This document shows, one piece after another, positions 47,254 through 58,604 of a stretch of 64,000 bases of DNA. The number at the start of each line of letters is the position of its first letter. Positions within the stretch are counted from its first letter, which is position 1. The position numbers and the translations under genes are program-made. Origin of the DNA: Candidatus Moraniibacteriota bacterium (GTDB lineage: Bacteria > Patescibacteriota > Minisyncoccia > Moranbacterales > UBA1568); contig JAQTRS010000002.1 in assembly GCA_028711705.1 (NCBI GenBank), positions 137,617-201,616 on the forward strand. The letters are read 5' to 3'. Under the pieces are notes generated by a model, which was not told the DNA's origin, made no database searches, and saw only the letters and a program-made list of their open reading frames with translations.

Positions 47254-49407
47254 ATGAAACGATCTCATCTTTCTTCTGCATTCATCCTCCTTTCCTGTAT
47301 CGTCTTCAACGCAGAAACTCCGCAGGCGTGGGCGGTGGCGCTGCCGAAGGTTATCATAAGCGAAATCCAGATCGCGGGAGATAAGGCGGATGATGAATTC
47401 ATCGAGCTGCAGAACACGACCGATGCAGACATCGATCTTAATGGATGGACACTGCGCAAGAAAACCAAAAACGACACCTCCGCACTGGGCGCATCCATCA
47501 TAGACCTTTCGATGGCGGACACGCTTTCCGTGACAGTGCCTGCTCACGGGTATCTTCTCTGGGCGAACTCCAAGGGCATTTTCAAAACGGCAACCCTCGA
47601 TCGATTTTCGAGCGGTAACTCCTTTACCAATGATGCGAGCGATCCGCATAGCGTCGCACTGTTTGATGCGGATGGATCGCTCATCGATGCCATCACCTGG
47701 GGAACTCCCCACCCGAACCCGTTTGCGGAAAGCCTTTACTATCCCGTCAATCCACCGAAAAACACCAGCCTAAAACGGGATCTAGCAACCGATACGCTCA
47801 CACCGCAATCGCATCCGACACCTTTAAACACTGCCTCGATCACAGAAAAGCCTGCGCTAAGCGCCTTGCCTGAAGCGGACCAAGATCCATCGACATCCCC
47901 TGCCGTATCATCTGGCGCAAGCAGCATCCGCATCAATGAAATCTTCCCCAATCCATCCGACACGGACGAATTCATCGAGCTCTTCAATTTCGGAACCGCC
48001 GATATCGACCTCAAGGATTGGTCGCTGCATGACGCCTCCAAAACCGGACGATACGATTTCAAACAAAGCACCGTCATCAAAGCGCAGTCCTACCTCACTC
48101 TCTTGAGCGATTCGCTCCCCTTCGCGCTCAACAATACCGATGAAACCATCACGCTCTTTGATGCGCAGGGAAGCGCCGTCGACACCGGAAGCTATGCCAA
48201 AAGCAATAAGGACGTCTCCTATAACTTCACGCCTTCGGGATGGCGATGGAGCGACATCGTTACGCCCGATGCGATCAATCGTATCCCTGACACTCCGCTT
48301 TCGATAATCGACATCCCGAAACACATCTACCTGAATGTACCGGCCCATTTCGATGCGGCCAATGCCGATGACAACATCCGCTACACGTGGAATTTCGGCG
48401 ACGGACACAAAAGCCGCCTTGAAAGCGCCGTGCACACCTATGACGCGCCGGGAAACTATATCGTCACGCTCACCGCGTCCGGTCCCCTCGAGGATACCAT
48501 TCAGACATTTTACATCAAGGTCGAAAAGTTTCCCGCCATAAAACTGGTCATCACGGGCGTAAGTCCTAATCCGGCAGGCGCGGATACGGACAATGAATGG
48601 ATAACCATCAAGAATCAGAGCAAAAAGAAGGTCGATCTTCTGGACTGGAGTATCGCCACCGGCACCACCAAAAAGACGCTCACCAATCATCCTATCGAGG
48701 AGTCATTGATTATCAAGCCCGGCAAAGAGCTTACGCTCACGCATGATATCACCGCTTTTTCGCTCCCCAACAAAGGCGGCTTCATCGAGCTTCGGCAGCC
48801 CGATAAGAAAGCCGCCGACACGCTCCGGTACGCGAAAGCGGGCGGCGTGAAAGAGGATGAATACTATCAGAAATCCAAACATAAAACCTGGGCCTGGATA
48901 CAAGAGACTGATCCGATCGCTGATGCGAGCGATACCGCCGAAAGCACTGCCTTGCTTGAGGATACGAAAACGCAGGTCCAAAGCGTTGAGACCGCCAACA
49001 CCCTCATCAATGCGATCGACACCCTCTCCATAGACGAGCTCACCCTTATCAAGGCGCAGATCGAGGCGAAACTGCAATTGGCGGCGATTGCAGGAGAAAG
49101 CCCTCTTCAAGAGGATACCCCCTCCGAAGGCGCGGAAACGGCTTTTTCGCAAACCTATGCGATACCTTCCGATGAATCCCTGTATCACATCCAATCTTTT
49201 CCAGAAGCGCTTCCGGAAAACCAATACAAAACCGTCATCTCACTGATCAATCAGGGTTTCGATCCTACAAAGACAATCGCACGCAGCATAAGCGATTCTC
49301 CTTTCCTTGCACAAGAAGACCGCCTGATACCGCCGCAGACGGAAAGTCCCTCCGACATGATCCAATATCTCAATCAGGCGCTGCATGCTTTTTTGCAAAG
49401 CCGCTAA
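47254..49407 (+). CDS. secreted protein with three lamin-tail domains (LTD) and a PKD domain
   Basis: ORF track; signal peptide; repeated I(S/N)EI..DEFIEL.N...DL..W.L motifs (x3); PKD signature YTWNFGDGHKSRLESAVHTYDAPGNYIVTLTASG. Confidence 0.75.
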   Translation: MKRSHLSSAFILLSCIVFNAETPQAWAVALPKVIISEIQIAGDKADDEFIELQNTTDADIDLNGWTLRKKTKNDTSALGASIIDLSMADTLSVTVPAHGYLLWANSKGIFKTATLDRFSSGNSFTNDASDPHSVALFDADGSLIDAITWGTPHPNPFAESLYYPVNPPKNTSLKRDLATDTLTPQSHPTPLNTASITEKPALSALPEADQDPSTSPAVSSGASSIRINEIFPNPSDTDEFIELFNFGTADIDLKDWSLHDASKTGRYDFKQSTVIKAQSYLTLLSDSLPFALNNTDETITLFDAQGSAVDTGSYAKSNKDVSYNFTPSGWRWSDIVTPDAINRIPDTPLSIIDIPKHIYLNVPAHFDAANADDNIRYTWNFGDGHKSRLESAVHTYDAPGNYIVTLTASGPLEDTIQTFYIKVEKFPAIKLVITGVSPNPAGADTDNEWITIKNQSKKKVDLLDWSIATGTTKKTLTNHPIEESLIIKPGKELTLTHDITAFSLPNKGGFIELRQPDKKAADTLRYAKAGGVKEDEYYQKSKHKTWAWIQETDPIADASDTAESTALLEDTKTQVQSVETANTLINAIDTLSIDELTLIKAQIEAKLQLAAIAGESPLQEDTPSEGAETAFSQTYAIPSDESLYHIQSFPEALPENQYKTVISLINQGFDPTKTIARSISDSPFLAQEDRLIPPQTESPSDMIQYLNQALHAFLQSR

Positions 49408-49429
49408 CGCCCTCCCTCGCGTATGCGCC

Positions 49430-50155
49430 CTACTCGATCGGAGCGAGACTCTCAATAGAATCCGGCACTTTCTCGATCACAGGGGACTCCTTCTCAATAG
49501 GCGCTAAAAACTCTTTCTCTTCCTGCTCGGATTCCGTTTCCGCAATCGGGGAAGAAAGCTTGCGATAAACATAGACAGTAGCGAGCATCGAAAGCGGCAT
49601 CGTGACGAGCAAACCAACGATAAGCGCAAGGAATCCGAGAAGATTGACAGCAAGTATCACCAAGGCGAAACGCAGCAGCTGCCACTTATGACCCTCCGTG
49701 ATGCGCGCGCTCTCCCTCAGACTCTCTACGACATCGGTCCGCTTATCGATCAGAAAATACTTATAGAACTGGTAGCGCAAGGCGAGATACACTCCAGGGA
49801 TAACCAAAAGCAATAACCCTGCAAACACCATGATTCCGTACACCACATTGGCCACGAAGTAGCGGAACGTGATCGGGTACTGAGAAAAAATATCCGCGAT
49901 TTTCACCGCTCTTCCGTCATACAAAGATAGCATCACAGAGATCAGTCCGGCATCGATCACAAACCCCAAAACCACGGATACAACCTGCATGAAAAACAAA
50001 ACACCCTGATTATCGGTAAAATTATCGATCACATCCGGCACCACTGCAAACACCCCGGACACCACGATGATGGCCAACAGGAATAAGAATTTCTCTTTCA
50101 CCATGGCCCAGCCGAAACCGAGAGCTTCGCTTATGGAAAATGACGCTGTATTCAT
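49430..50155 (-). CDS. polytopic membrane protein (possibly DUF975-like), acidic C-terminal tail
   Basis: ORF track; 5-6 TM helices; family assignment tentative. Confidence 0.45.
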   Translation of the reverse strand: MNTASFSISEALGFGWAMVKEKFLFLLAIIVVSGVFAVVPDVIDNFTDNQGVLFFMQVVSVVLGFVIDAGLISVMLSLYDGRAVKIADIFSQYPITFRYFVANVVYGIMVFAGLLLLVIPGVYLALRYQFYKYFLIDKRTDVVESLRESARITEGHKWQLLRFALVILAVNLLGFLALIVGLLVTMPLSMLATVYVYRKLSSPIAETESEQEEKEFLAPIEKESPVIEKVPDSIESLAPIE

Positions 50156-50247
50156 ACGATATGGTCGTTAACCGTTTATATTTCGTCTATAAAAAACCTG
50201 CTAAGTCCCCAGACTAGCTACTGTCAGTATACCATATACACTCGAAC

Positions 50248-50556
50248 TCATATCGGTTTTTGCTTGAGTGCGATCAGAGCGTCCATGCTATCCTCTTCCG
50301 AAAGTTTGTTTCGCCCCACAAATCCGCATTTCACGCATGTATGTATCACGCTGAAAACTTGCCGCTCCTTGGTCCAGCTGAAGGGTCGAAGCATCCCACC
50401 GCACAAAGAAGCACGATCCCCGGGATGTATATCCACATGCTTGCCCCACAGACACTTCGGACAATGATTGGTGTAGCCGTTCCCTGCGACAAAAAACCCA
50501 CACTGCTCGCAGGTGAAGTCCTCCTTTTTTCGCCGGAATGTGTTTGACATAGGCAC
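50248..50556 (-). CDS. RNHCP-domain protein
   Basis: ORF track; CEQCG..YTNHCPKCLW..CVKCG zinc-ribbon pattern with the eponymous NHCP motif. Confidence 0.6.
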   Translation of the reverse strand: MPMSNTFRRKKEDFTCEQCGFFVAGNGYTNHCPKCLWGKHVDIHPGDRASLCGGMLRPFSWTKERQVFSVIHTCVKCGFVGRNKLSEEDSMDALIALKQKPI

Positions 50557-50661
50557 TGCTTATCGATACAATAGCATACCATAGACGAACCCTTTTGCAA
50601 AATCAAGCGAAAAGGACAAAAACATGGTATAAAGAAAGAGTCATCCGCCTATCAAAAAACT

Positions 50662-52545
50662 ATGTTTTCACGGTTCTGCCTTTCTCCCGTCCGACTGTTT
50701 CTCTTCGTCATCGTAGCGCTCTTTTTTGGCTTCGGAAGCTACCATATCACGAAGTTTGAAACGACCGACGAACATTTTTGGAAATACGAGCGCATCCCGC
50801 AGTACTGGGAGGCTATCCGAAATCTGCATCCGAAGCAGACCGCGATAAACGACAAGCCCGGCATCACGACCGCTCTCATTTCAGGTATCGGTATGCTGGT
50901 GGGCGAAAGCCCGCAAAACCACCGTGTCCGCGACGATATCGCCACACAGGGCAATATCTTCACGATATACGATACGACGCTCACGCAGAAAATCAACGCG
51001 ACGCTACGCATCCCCATACTCCTTTTCAATGGATGCTTCCTTTTCTATTTTTTCTGGGTACTCAGAAAAGTCACTCGCGACAGGTGGCTATCGCTCTGGA
51101 GCACCCTCTTCATCGGCCTCTCGCCCATCCTCATCGGCATCTCGCAGATCATCAATCCCGATGCCTTCCTTTGGACGTTCGGTGCATCCGCCCTCCTTTC
51201 CTTCATCGCACTCCTCCGAACGAATGAAAAGAAATTCCTTGCCCTCACCGCAGTCCTCACCGGCTGCGCCCTCCTTTCCAAATACACCGCCAACATCCTC
51301 TTCCCCATCTATCTCTTCCTTATTTTTTCACACTTCATCCTCCGTTTCGCATCCGAAAAAACGCGCAGTCCGGAAAGCATACGGCGCTACTTCCACAAGG
51401 AGTTCGTCTTTTTCACCCTTATCTTTCTTGGGGCATCGATCGTCTTTTCCATCTTCATGCCCGCAGCCCTGGTCAAACCGATACTTCTCTACAAAGCCAC
51501 CATCGGCTTCCCGCTCTTTCACAAGCTCCTGTGGCCTATCGCAACCACCATCACCCTGACGCTTGCAGATATCCATTGCTTTAAAGCCAAAATCCTGCGT
51601 GTCATCGCAAAAAATATAAACGATCGACAGTATCTCATCCTCCGGGCATGCTCCCTTTTCGCATTCATCTTTTTCGGTGCTATCTTTATCAACGGTGCCA
51701 CCGGAAATGCATTCATCCCGTTCGATGTCCTTCTTGAAACTGCCAAAAGCAACGGCAAGCTTGCCTTTCCCACCCTACAGAACGCTCATCCGCTTGTCGC
51801 TTTCACGCAAAAACTCCTGCTGCAGGCCTATCCGTTCACATTCTCACTACCGACAACGCTCTTATTGTTGCTGCTAGGATTATGGCTCAAGATATCCTTC
51901 ACGAGTGTCCGCAAACACAAACTTCTCTTCCTTATCCTCACCATCATCCCCTTCCTCTACTTTTCGGCAGCGCTCTTCGGAGACGTGTTGACGAATGCCC
52001 GCTACACGATACTCCTGTATCCGCTTATGGCAATCTTAGGCGCCCTTGGCATACGAGCCCTCCTGCCAAATGCTTCCGCGAAGCACCCGATCATCATCAC
52101 GATCGCTTTGATTATCTTGAGCACGCTTTCGCTTATCCGGATACAACCGTTCTATTTCAATTACGCGAACTCCTTCCTTCCCCGTCAGTTCACCGTCCAT
52201 GACGGCTGGGGCTACGGATCCTATGAAGCCGCTACCTACCTCAATTCCTTGCCGAACGCAGCATCGCTTATCATCTGGACCGATCGCAACACAGTCTGTC
52301 AATTCTTCGTGGGAAAATGTCTGAGCGGTACCAAGATCAATGTGGAGACGGTTGTTCCGGATTACTTCATCATTACCAAACGGGGCGTTGAACGCGGCTA
52401 CACCTTCGTATGGAAAGGACCCTCCGAACTTGTGCCGCATCCTCGCGACTACTATTATACCCAAGAGTCGCTTTCTCATCCGGCGTGGCAGCTCTTCATC
52501 GATGACCGTCCCGAAAACTTCATCAAGGCGATCCCGGTGCGCTAA
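50662..52545 (+). CDS. GT-C family membrane glycosyltransferase (PMT_2/ArnT-like), paralog 3
   Basis: ORF track; TTDEHFW DE motif in the first loop; about 12 TM helices. Confidence 0.55.
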   Translation: MFSRFCLSPVRLFLFVIVALFFGFGSYHITKFETTDEHFWKYERIPQYWEAIRNLHPKQTAINDKPGITTALISGIGMLVGESPQNHRVRDDIATQGNIFTIYDTTLTQKINATLRIPILLFNGCFLFYFFWVLRKVTRDRWLSLWSTLFIGLSPILIGISQIINPDAFLWTFGASALLSFIALLRTNEKKFLALTAVLTGCALLSKYTANILFPIYLFLIFSHFILRFASEKTRSPESIRRYFHKEFVFFTLIFLGASIVFSIFMPAALVKPILLYKATIGFPLFHKLLWPIATTITLTLADIHCFKAKILRVIAKNINDRQYLILRACSLFAFIFFGAIFINGATGNAFIPFDVLLETAKSNGKLAFPTLQNAHPLVAFTQKLLLQAYPFTFSLPTTLLLLLLGLWLKISFTSVRKHKLLFLILTIIPFLYFSAALFGDVLTNARYTILLYPLMAILGALGIRALLPNASAKHPIIITIALIILSTLSLIRIQPFYFNYANSFLPRQFTVHDGWGYGSYEAATYLNSLPNAASLIIWTDRNTVCQFFVGKCLSGTKINVETVVPDYFIITKRGVERGYTFVWKGPSELVPHPRDYYYTQESLSHPAWQLFIDDRPENFIKAIPVR

Positions 52546-52625
52546 TACCAAAGGATGTATACTCACCGGTATGCAAAACGACCGTCCAACCGGCGGTCGT
52601 TTCATTGTACACCCACATCCTTTCT

Positions 52626-52892
52626 TCACATCGACTCATGCATCATACGGAGCTGCTCGGACGTGAACTCCACCACCGGAACCACGATAGCCTTCTCTCT
52701 CGCCGATGTCGGCAGCATATCGCGAGCCGTCATATCGTTATCAGCCATCACGAACGCCCATCCCCGATGATCGCCGGTCTTGCAGCCCCAACGGAACATC
52801 TTCAGAATATCCATTCCCTGCGCGTCCATCTCATCCAAAGCCTGCATACATTCTTCAGGGGTATGGGAAACCTCGATAAGGTATTGCATCAT
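52626..52892 (-). CDS. small hypothetical protein (88 aa)
   Basis: ORF track; strong RBS AAGGAGGTG 7 nt upstream. Confidence 0.45.
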   Translation of the reverse strand: MMQYLIEVSHTPEECMQALDEMDAQGMDILKMFRWGCKTGDHRGWAFVMADNDMTARDMLPTSAREKAIVVPVVEFTSEQLRMMHESM

Positions 52893-53026
52893 AAGTCTTC
52901 ACCTCCTTCTTAGGTTCATGATTATGGTTGGATAGCATTGAAAGGACGCACTGACGCACCATCGGTTTCTTGTGCGATAAAATACGTATTGATCCGACCA
53001 AACATTTCATACGACCGATTTTCTTA

Positions 53027-53063
53027 TAAAAATTCCCGAGAACCTAGGCTCTCGGGAATTTTT
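53027..53063. terminator. terminator hairpin AAAAATTCCCGAGA-acctaggc-TCTCGGGAATTTTT downstream of typA
   Basis: 14-bp stem including A/T runs; acts for minus-strand typA. Confidence 0.6.
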
Positions 53064-53094
53064 CATATATTCGCACCGCCACCTCAGCGAAAGA

Positions 53095-54882
53095 TTATTT
53101 CTTTCGTCCCGCCTTGACGCGATCATTTTCGGTCAGATACTGCTTGCGGAGACGGACACTTTCCGGTGTAACTTCGAGGTATTCATCCTCGGCCATAATT
53201 TCAAGTCCGCGCTCAATAGAAAGCTTCCAGGCCGGAACCAGCTTAAGCGCTTCATCGGCACCGCTTGAACGCATGTTGGTAAGATTCTTTCCCTTGATCG
53301 GATTGACGGACATATCATTTCCCTTGGAAACGTTGCCGACAACCATACCCTCATACACTTCGATTCCCGGTTCGACATAAAGCACGCCGCGATCTTGAAG
53401 ATTATTGAGCGCGAAAGCCAATACCTTCCCGGAAACCATGGAGGTCATGGAACCGGATTCGGTCTTCTTGATCTCGCCGGCATACGGACGGAAACCGATC
53501 ATGCGGCTCGTCAGAATTCCCTCGCCCTTGGTATCGACGGTGAATTGACCACGATAACCCAGAAGTCCACGAGTCGGGACCTCGAATACCAAGCGAGTGA
53601 GTGATCCATGACCTTGCTTCATCTCGGCCATAATACCCTTGCGCTTTCCCATGCGCTCAATAACGACACCGGTCATTTCGGTCGGTACATCCACGATCGC
53701 CTCCTCGAACGGCTCGGACTTCACGCCATCGATTTCTTTGATGATAACCTGCGGCTGCGAAACCTGGATCTCGTATCCTTCGCGACGCATATTCTCAAGC
53801 AAGATAGCGACATGCATTTCGCCGCGGCCATAGACCTTATAGGATGCGTCGGAAAAATCGATCTTCAAACCGACATTGATTTCCAGTTCTTTCTCCAAAC
53901 GCTCCCGAATCTGCTGATTGGTCACGAACTTTCCCTCGCGTCCCGCGAACGGAGAATCATTGACCAAGAAATTCAAAGAAATAGTCGGCTCATCGATACT
54001 GATAGCCGGAAGCGCCTCCTGATCAGCGGATGCACACATCGTTTCACCGATATAGATTTCCGGGAATCCGGCGACCATCACGATATCTCCTGCAAAAGCT
54101 TCTTCCACTTCTTTGCGCTCGACACCAAGGAAGGTGAAAAGTTTCGTGACGCGGCTGGTATAGGTCTCGCCGGATATTTTCTTGACGGTTACGGTCTGAC
54201 CGAGCTTTATCGATCCCTCATAAATACGTCCGATCGCCAAACGTCCCAAGAAGTTGTCGTACCCGAGATTGAAAGGCTGCATGCGAAGCGGGGCAGTAGC
54301 GTCCGATGGAGCGGCTGGCACCAATTTCAGTACGGTATCCAAAAGCGGTGTCAGGTCTTTTGATTCTTCATCAAGACTCATCTTCGCGATACCTTCGCGA
54401 CCGATGGCATAAACGGTAGTGAAATCGAGCTGCTCGTCATTGGCACCCAAATCCAAGAACAATTCGAAGACCTGCTCATGAACGATGTCCGGCTGAGCGG
54501 CCGGTTTGTCAATCTTATTGAGTACCACGATCGGCTTGAGCCCGAGTTCCAAAGACTTCTTCAGTACGAAACGCGTCTGCGGCATCGGACCTTCCTGGGC
54601 GTCCACAATCAAAAGCACACAGTCGATAGAACGCAGCACGCGCTCCACCTCGGAACCGAAGTCGGCGTGACCCGGGGTGTCCACGATATTGATTTTAGTG
54701 TCCTTGTAAAAAATAGAGGTGTTCTTGGCATAGATGGTGATACCACGTTCCTTTTCAAGCGAATTGCTGTCCATACTCGCACTCTCGTCCGTCACCATGC
54801 CTGTCTGGCGCATGATGGCATCGGTCAAGGTTGTCTTGCCGTGGTCCACGTGCGCGATAATTGCGATATTTCGAATTTCCAT
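53095..54882 (-). CDS. typA: translational GTPase TypA/BipA
   Basis: ORF trimmed to [19 protein letters not shown] (ATG 54880-54882); G1-G4 motifs and EF-G-like domains. Confidence 0.95.
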   Translation of the reverse strand: MEIRNIAIIAHVDHGKTTLTDAIMRQTGMVTDESASMDSNSLEKERGITIYAKNTSIFYKDTKINIVDTPGHADFGSEVERVLRSIDCVLLIVDAQEGPMPQTRFVLKKSLELGLKPIVVLNKIDKPAAQPDIVHEQVFELFLDLGANDEQLDFTTVYAIGREGIAKMSLDEESKDLTPLLDTVLKLVPAAPSDATAPLRMQPFNLGYDNFLGRLAIGRIYEGSIKLGQTVTVKKISGETYTSRVTKLFTFLGVERKEVEEAFAGDIVMVAGFPEIYIGETMCASADQEALPAISIDEPTISLNFLVNDSPFAGREGKFVTNQQIRERLEKELEINVGLKIDFSDASYKVYGRGEMHVAILLENMRREGYEIQVSQPQVIIKEIDGVKSEPFEEAIVDVPTEMTGVVIERMGKRKGIMAEMKQGHGSLTRLVFEVPTRGLLGYRGQFTVDTKGEGILTSRMIGFRPYAGEIKKTESGSMTSMVSGKVLAFALNNLQDRGVLYVEPGIEVYEGMVVGNVSKGNDMSVNPIKGKNLTNMRSSGADEALKLVPAWKLSIERGLEIMAEDEYLEVTPESVRLRKQYLTENDRVKAGRKK

Positions 54883-55041
54883 ACTCGATTCCCTTATAAA
54901 TAATAAAAACGCCACCCGCCGTCAAAAAGCAGGCGAATACACTCGTTACTCCCTATCATAGAACAAAAAGGCTTTCCTGTCAAAACGCCAAAGCGCAACC
55001 GGTAGTCGCGCCTGGCATCGAAACGGAATGTTGCGGAAAGA

Positions 55042-57492
55042 TTAATTTGTCGGCGCGATTTCCCTCCATCTATTGATGGTAGAACAGGATCCACAGGTCT
55101 GCGTCACATTGGTGCAGGAGGCACCGCAATTACTGCCTGGGACAACGGAGGTAGCGCCCGTACAGCTATTGGTCTGGATACATGTCTTCTGTGTTGTCGT
55201 AATAGTCGTACCGCAATTGCTTGCCCCGCAAGTCGCTCCGGCTGCAGAATTACAGCTATAAGAGAAAGTCGGCGTACATGCCGATGGTGTTGACGACACG
55301 TATACTGTTGCGAGCGCTGTTGCAGAATTATCCTCCGCGACGTTCGTACAGTTCAATACATATGTGGTTGTTGCTGTTGGAGACACTGTCTGCGTACCGT
55401 TGAGCGGCTTGGATGAGGCAACGAAAGTCCCTCCCATACCCATGCACCGGGCAGCGCCGGAAGTCGACCAGGTGAGCGTTGATGTCTGACCTGAGATTAT
55501 CGATGTTGGATTGGCGGTAAACGATATGACCGGCGCAGGAGATGGCGGTGGAGCAGGAGCAGGAGCAGGAGCAGGAGCTGGAGCGGGTGCTGGAGCGGGT
55601 GCTGACGAAGACACGGTATAGGTCATTGTCGCCGAACCCACCCGGTAGATGGATCCTCCAGGACTGCCGCACTGACTCGAATTACCGACCCAGGAAGCGC
55701 ACGCCGGTTGGCTTGATGGCGTATAAACCGAATAGTATCCGCGCCATGTCACCGTGTATGTCCCAGGCGTGGTTGGAGCTGCCCATGTTTTCGGGGTGGA
55801 ACTTTGCGCCCAGTATTTGTGATCCGGATTCGGATCGGAAGCAACGTCTTGCCAAGAACCGTTCAAAACAATCATTTCTCCAGTGCCATGATCCACCGTC
55901 CCTCCTCCGCCGAGAGTATTGGAACAGCTTGCGGCAGAAAAAGTCGCGGTCGCTATAACCGTTTCTCCCGGAGCATAGGTCGATTTATTGAGTCCTGCAC
56001 TGAAACTCGTCGTATACGTTCCCTGCCACCCGCCGTAGCTTTTCACCTGTACCGGTATCGACCAAGAATCCCACGAGGCGCTCGCCTGGCCACCGCTCAC
56101 GAATGCGCCTGCACCGATAAGCAATCCGAGCAACACATTCATTGATGACTTTTTTTGCTTCCTGATAAGGTATACTAAAAGGGCTAGGATGAGCAGGAAG
56201 GCTGCGCTGTACACCAATGCACCATTGGGTCTCTTCTGCACCATTGAAGGAGTACCCGTGGATCGTATGGCATAGGTATTTTCTGCCAGTACCTTTCCGG
56301 ACGGATCGATGATCTTGGCTACCAGGCTCGGATTAAGACAGTCAGTCGTGATCGAAAGCATCAAGTGTTCCGTGGCACCTCCGTTTGCTGCGTCCAATTC
56401 CTTCGAAAAAGGGGCGATACAAGATTTGTTCTGATCATTTTTGAGAGAAACAACCAAAGAAGTGTCCGTAGCGAATCCTGTCGGCTGCATACGTGAATCA
56501 GGAAAATTATCCGCCGAACCGGTCCATGCCAATACAAGGGCTGCTTCATCACCCTTAGCGTAGTAGTCCTTATCTAGAGTCAGATTCTGAATGGTGGCGC
56601 TCGATCCTCGGAGCACATAGTGAACGCGCACTCCGGAAGAAACCTGTCCACCCTTATCGTTTACGAACGTAAGCACCACATCATAGGCCTGAGGTTCGAT
56701 CATCTTCGGAAGATACGCATCGAACTTCACTTTTTTCCCGGGAGAAAGCGACAGAGCCGGCAGCTTTTCCGATCCCATATCCTTACCGAATGTCGATCGA
56801 TAGTACACCTGCAGTACGGGCGTTACCGAAACATCTGTCGTAAATTCGCTGATGATGGAGCAGTGCATGCTCAGGGTTTCCTCCTGATTGATATCCACAC
56901 CCTGCGAAAGACTGTATAGAGCATCGTTTTCGCCGACGGTCAAATAGCAGTCAGCATCATTGATAGCCACTTTTTCGCTGGAACCCTTAAGGGAAATGGC
57001 TGGTGTCTGAACCGCTGCAAGCATAAGCCCGTCGGTATTCTTGACCTGCACCTCTACGATATAGGATCCGTTAAGATAGGTCGGCGCCGTATATTCCACC
57101 TCTCTATGCACGGATGCACCCGCAGAAAGATTGAGCATATCATCGCGATACACCTTCTGATCGACGATGGAAAGGTCATCCGATTTCAGGAGATTAACGG
57201 CATACAAAACATTCGGCTGCACGCCAGCCTCATTGGAAATATCGAAGGCGAGCGCAAAAGTATTACCGTCCTGATTCTTTATCTCGATATCGCCCAAACC
57301 AACGGAGGCGATGCGGTCCTTGTCCGTAAGCATCACGGCATCCGCAGCGCTTTGCGACGACATCTCGGTGATCTGCTTCTCAAAAGGCGTCATTTCCGCT
57401 GCCGACACGAAAGGTGCTGCCGCAAAAAAACCAAGAGTTACCACCGCAAACATCAAGAAACGTTTCGGTGTCCGCATTGCGAGCGTCCGCAT
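55042..57492 (-). CDS. large cell-surface protein with signal peptide, internal TM, (PA)n linker and Cys/Thr-rich C-terminal domain
   Basis: ORF track; N-terminal signal MRTLAMRTPKRFLMFAVVTLGFFAAAPFVSAAE; PAPAPAPAPAPAPAPPPSPAP encoded by a GCAGGAGCA tandem DNA repeat (55550-55610); C-terminus CGASNCG..CTGATS..CGASCTN. Confidence 0.6.
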   Translation of the reverse strand: MRTLAMRTPKRFLMFAVVTLGFFAAAPFVSAAEMTPFEKQITEMSSQSAADAVMLTDKDRIASVGLGDIEIKNQDGNTFALAFDISNEAGVQPNVLYAVNLLKSDDLSIVDQKVYRDDMLNLSAGASVHREVEYTAPTYLNGSYIVEVQVKNTDGLMLAAVQTPAISLKGSSEKVAINDADCYLTVGENDALYSLSQGVDINQEETLSMHCSIISEFTTDVSVTPVLQVYYRSTFGKDMGSEKLPALSLSPGKKVKFDAYLPKMIEPQAYDVVLTFVNDKGGQVSSGVRVHYVLRGSSATIQNLTLDKDYYAKGDEAALVLAWTGSADNFPDSRMQPTGFATDTSLVVSLKNDQNKSCIAPFSKELDAANGGATEHLMLSITTDCLNPSLVAKIIDPSGKVLAENTYAIRSTGTPSMVQKRPNGALVYSAAFLLILALLVYLIRKQKKSSMNVLLGLLIGAGAFVSGGQASASWDSWSIPVQVKSYGGWQGTYTTSFSAGLNKSTYAPGETVIATATFSAASCSNTLGGGGTVDHGTGEMIVLNGSWQDVASDPNPDHKYWAQSSTPKTWAAPTTPGTYTVTWRGYYSVYTPSSQPACASWVGNSSQCGSPGGSIYRVGSATMTYTVSSSAPAPAPAPAPAPAPAPAPPPSPAPVISFTANPTSIISGQTSTLTWSTSGAARCMGMGGTFVASSKPLNGTQTVSPTATTTYVLNCTNVAEDNSATALATVYVSSTPSACTPTFSYSCNSAAGATCGASNCGTTITTTQKTCIQTNSCTGATSVVPGSNCGASCTNVTQTCGSCSTINRWREIAPTN

Positions 57493-57527
57493 ATTGTTTT
57501 TATTTTAGAGATTAGTTCTTACTTACC

Positions 57528-57556
57528 AGTATAATATCGTCGTACGACACTGTCAA
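57528..57556 (-). promoter_or_regulatory. consensus sigma70 promoter TTGACA-N17-TATACT for the 55042..57492 gene
   Basis: Minus-strand -35 (plus 57551-57556), 17-bp spacer, -10 (plus 57528-57533), about 35 nt upstream of the ATG. Confidence 0.4.
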
Positions 57557-57592
57557 AATAACCGAACGAAAATATACTTTTTTCACCGGCGA

Positions 57593-58519
57593 TCACTCCC
57601 CTCGCTGCAGATGTTGCAAAATGCTATTGGCGGCAATAGCCCCTTCGGAAGCGGCCGTCACAATCTGGCGAAAGTGATTGGAGGAGGTGGTCGCATCCCC
57701 GGCTGCCCACAGCCCTTGTATATTCGTAGACTGATCGGGGGACACTTTCACATAGCCCTGCTCATCGAGTCCTACTCCCATATCTTTCAAAAACGCCGTA
57801 TTGGGAGTCAAACCGATTTCCACGAACAGTCCGTCGGCCTTAAGCGTCTTGCTTCCCTGATAAGCTTTATCGAGCACCAGATCATCGATACGCGTTTCGC
57901 CTTTGATCTCCACAATATTAGTTTCAAAAATCACCTCGACATTTTCCTTTTTCTGCACAAGATCCTTCCAGAATTTTTCCGCTCGCATTTCCGCACCGCG
58001 CACGACGATATATACCTTCGAGCAGATATTGGACAAATAGGCGCCCGCCTCGGCAGCGCTGTCTCCCCCACCCGCAATAGCCACCACTTTGTTTTTGAAG
58101 AAAAATCCGTCGCAGGTCGGGCAATACGAAACGCCCTTGCCGGCAAGCTCTTTTTCTCCCGGAATATCAAGGTAGCGGTGATGCGTGCCCGTGGCAGAAA
58201 GAAGCGTCTTGGCGGAAAGCTCTTTCCCGTCCGCCAAGGAAAGCACAAAGCCTCCGTCGGCTTGCGGTGCGATGTTTGTCACGATAGCCGGACGGATTTG
58301 CGCACCATAGCTTTTCACGTGTGCGGCAGCGGCATCGGAAAACTCCTGGCCAGTGATGTTTTCCGTGCCCAACCAATTGCCAATCTCGAATGTTTGCGTC
58401 ATAAGACCGCCCGTCACCTCACCGACCACTAGATGCCTGATGCCGTAGCGTGAGGCATAGATGCTTGCAGAAAGGCCTGCCGGTCCGGCCCCGATAATGA
58501 TCAAATCGAATGTTTCCAT
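57593..58519 (-). CDS. trxB: thioredoxin-disulfide reductase
   Basis: ORF track; FAD motif IIGAGPAG, redox-active CPTCD (here YCPTCDG), NADPH GGGDSA. Confidence 0.93.
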   Translation of the reverse strand: METFDLIIIGAGPAGLSASIYASRYGIRHLVVGEVTGGLMTQTFEIGNWLGTENITGQEFSDAAAAHVKSYGAQIRPAIVTNIAPQADGGFVLSLADGKELSAKTLLSATGTHHRYLDIPGEKELAGKGVSYCPTCDGFFFKNKVVAIAGGGDSAAEAGAYLSNICSKVYIVVRGAEMRAEKFWKDLVQKKENVEVIFETNIVEIKGETRIDDLVLDKAYQGSKTLKADGLFVEIGLTPNTAFLKDMGVGLDEQGYVKVSPDQSTNIQGLWAAGDATTSSNHFRQIVTAASEGAIAANSILQHLQRGE

Positions 58520-58604
58520 AATGGTGCGCAGTTATATGATAATCTCCCCTCAGTATACCGCTAAAAAGCGCGGTTATCAACCGAGCCGCTCCTCTGATTC
58601 ATTT

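Noticed and set aside
55540-55620. GCAGGAGCA tandem repeat
   Set aside because: Considered as a possible CRISPR or short tandem repeat locus. It lies inside a long ORF and encodes a (PA)n linker, with no spacer-like unique segments.
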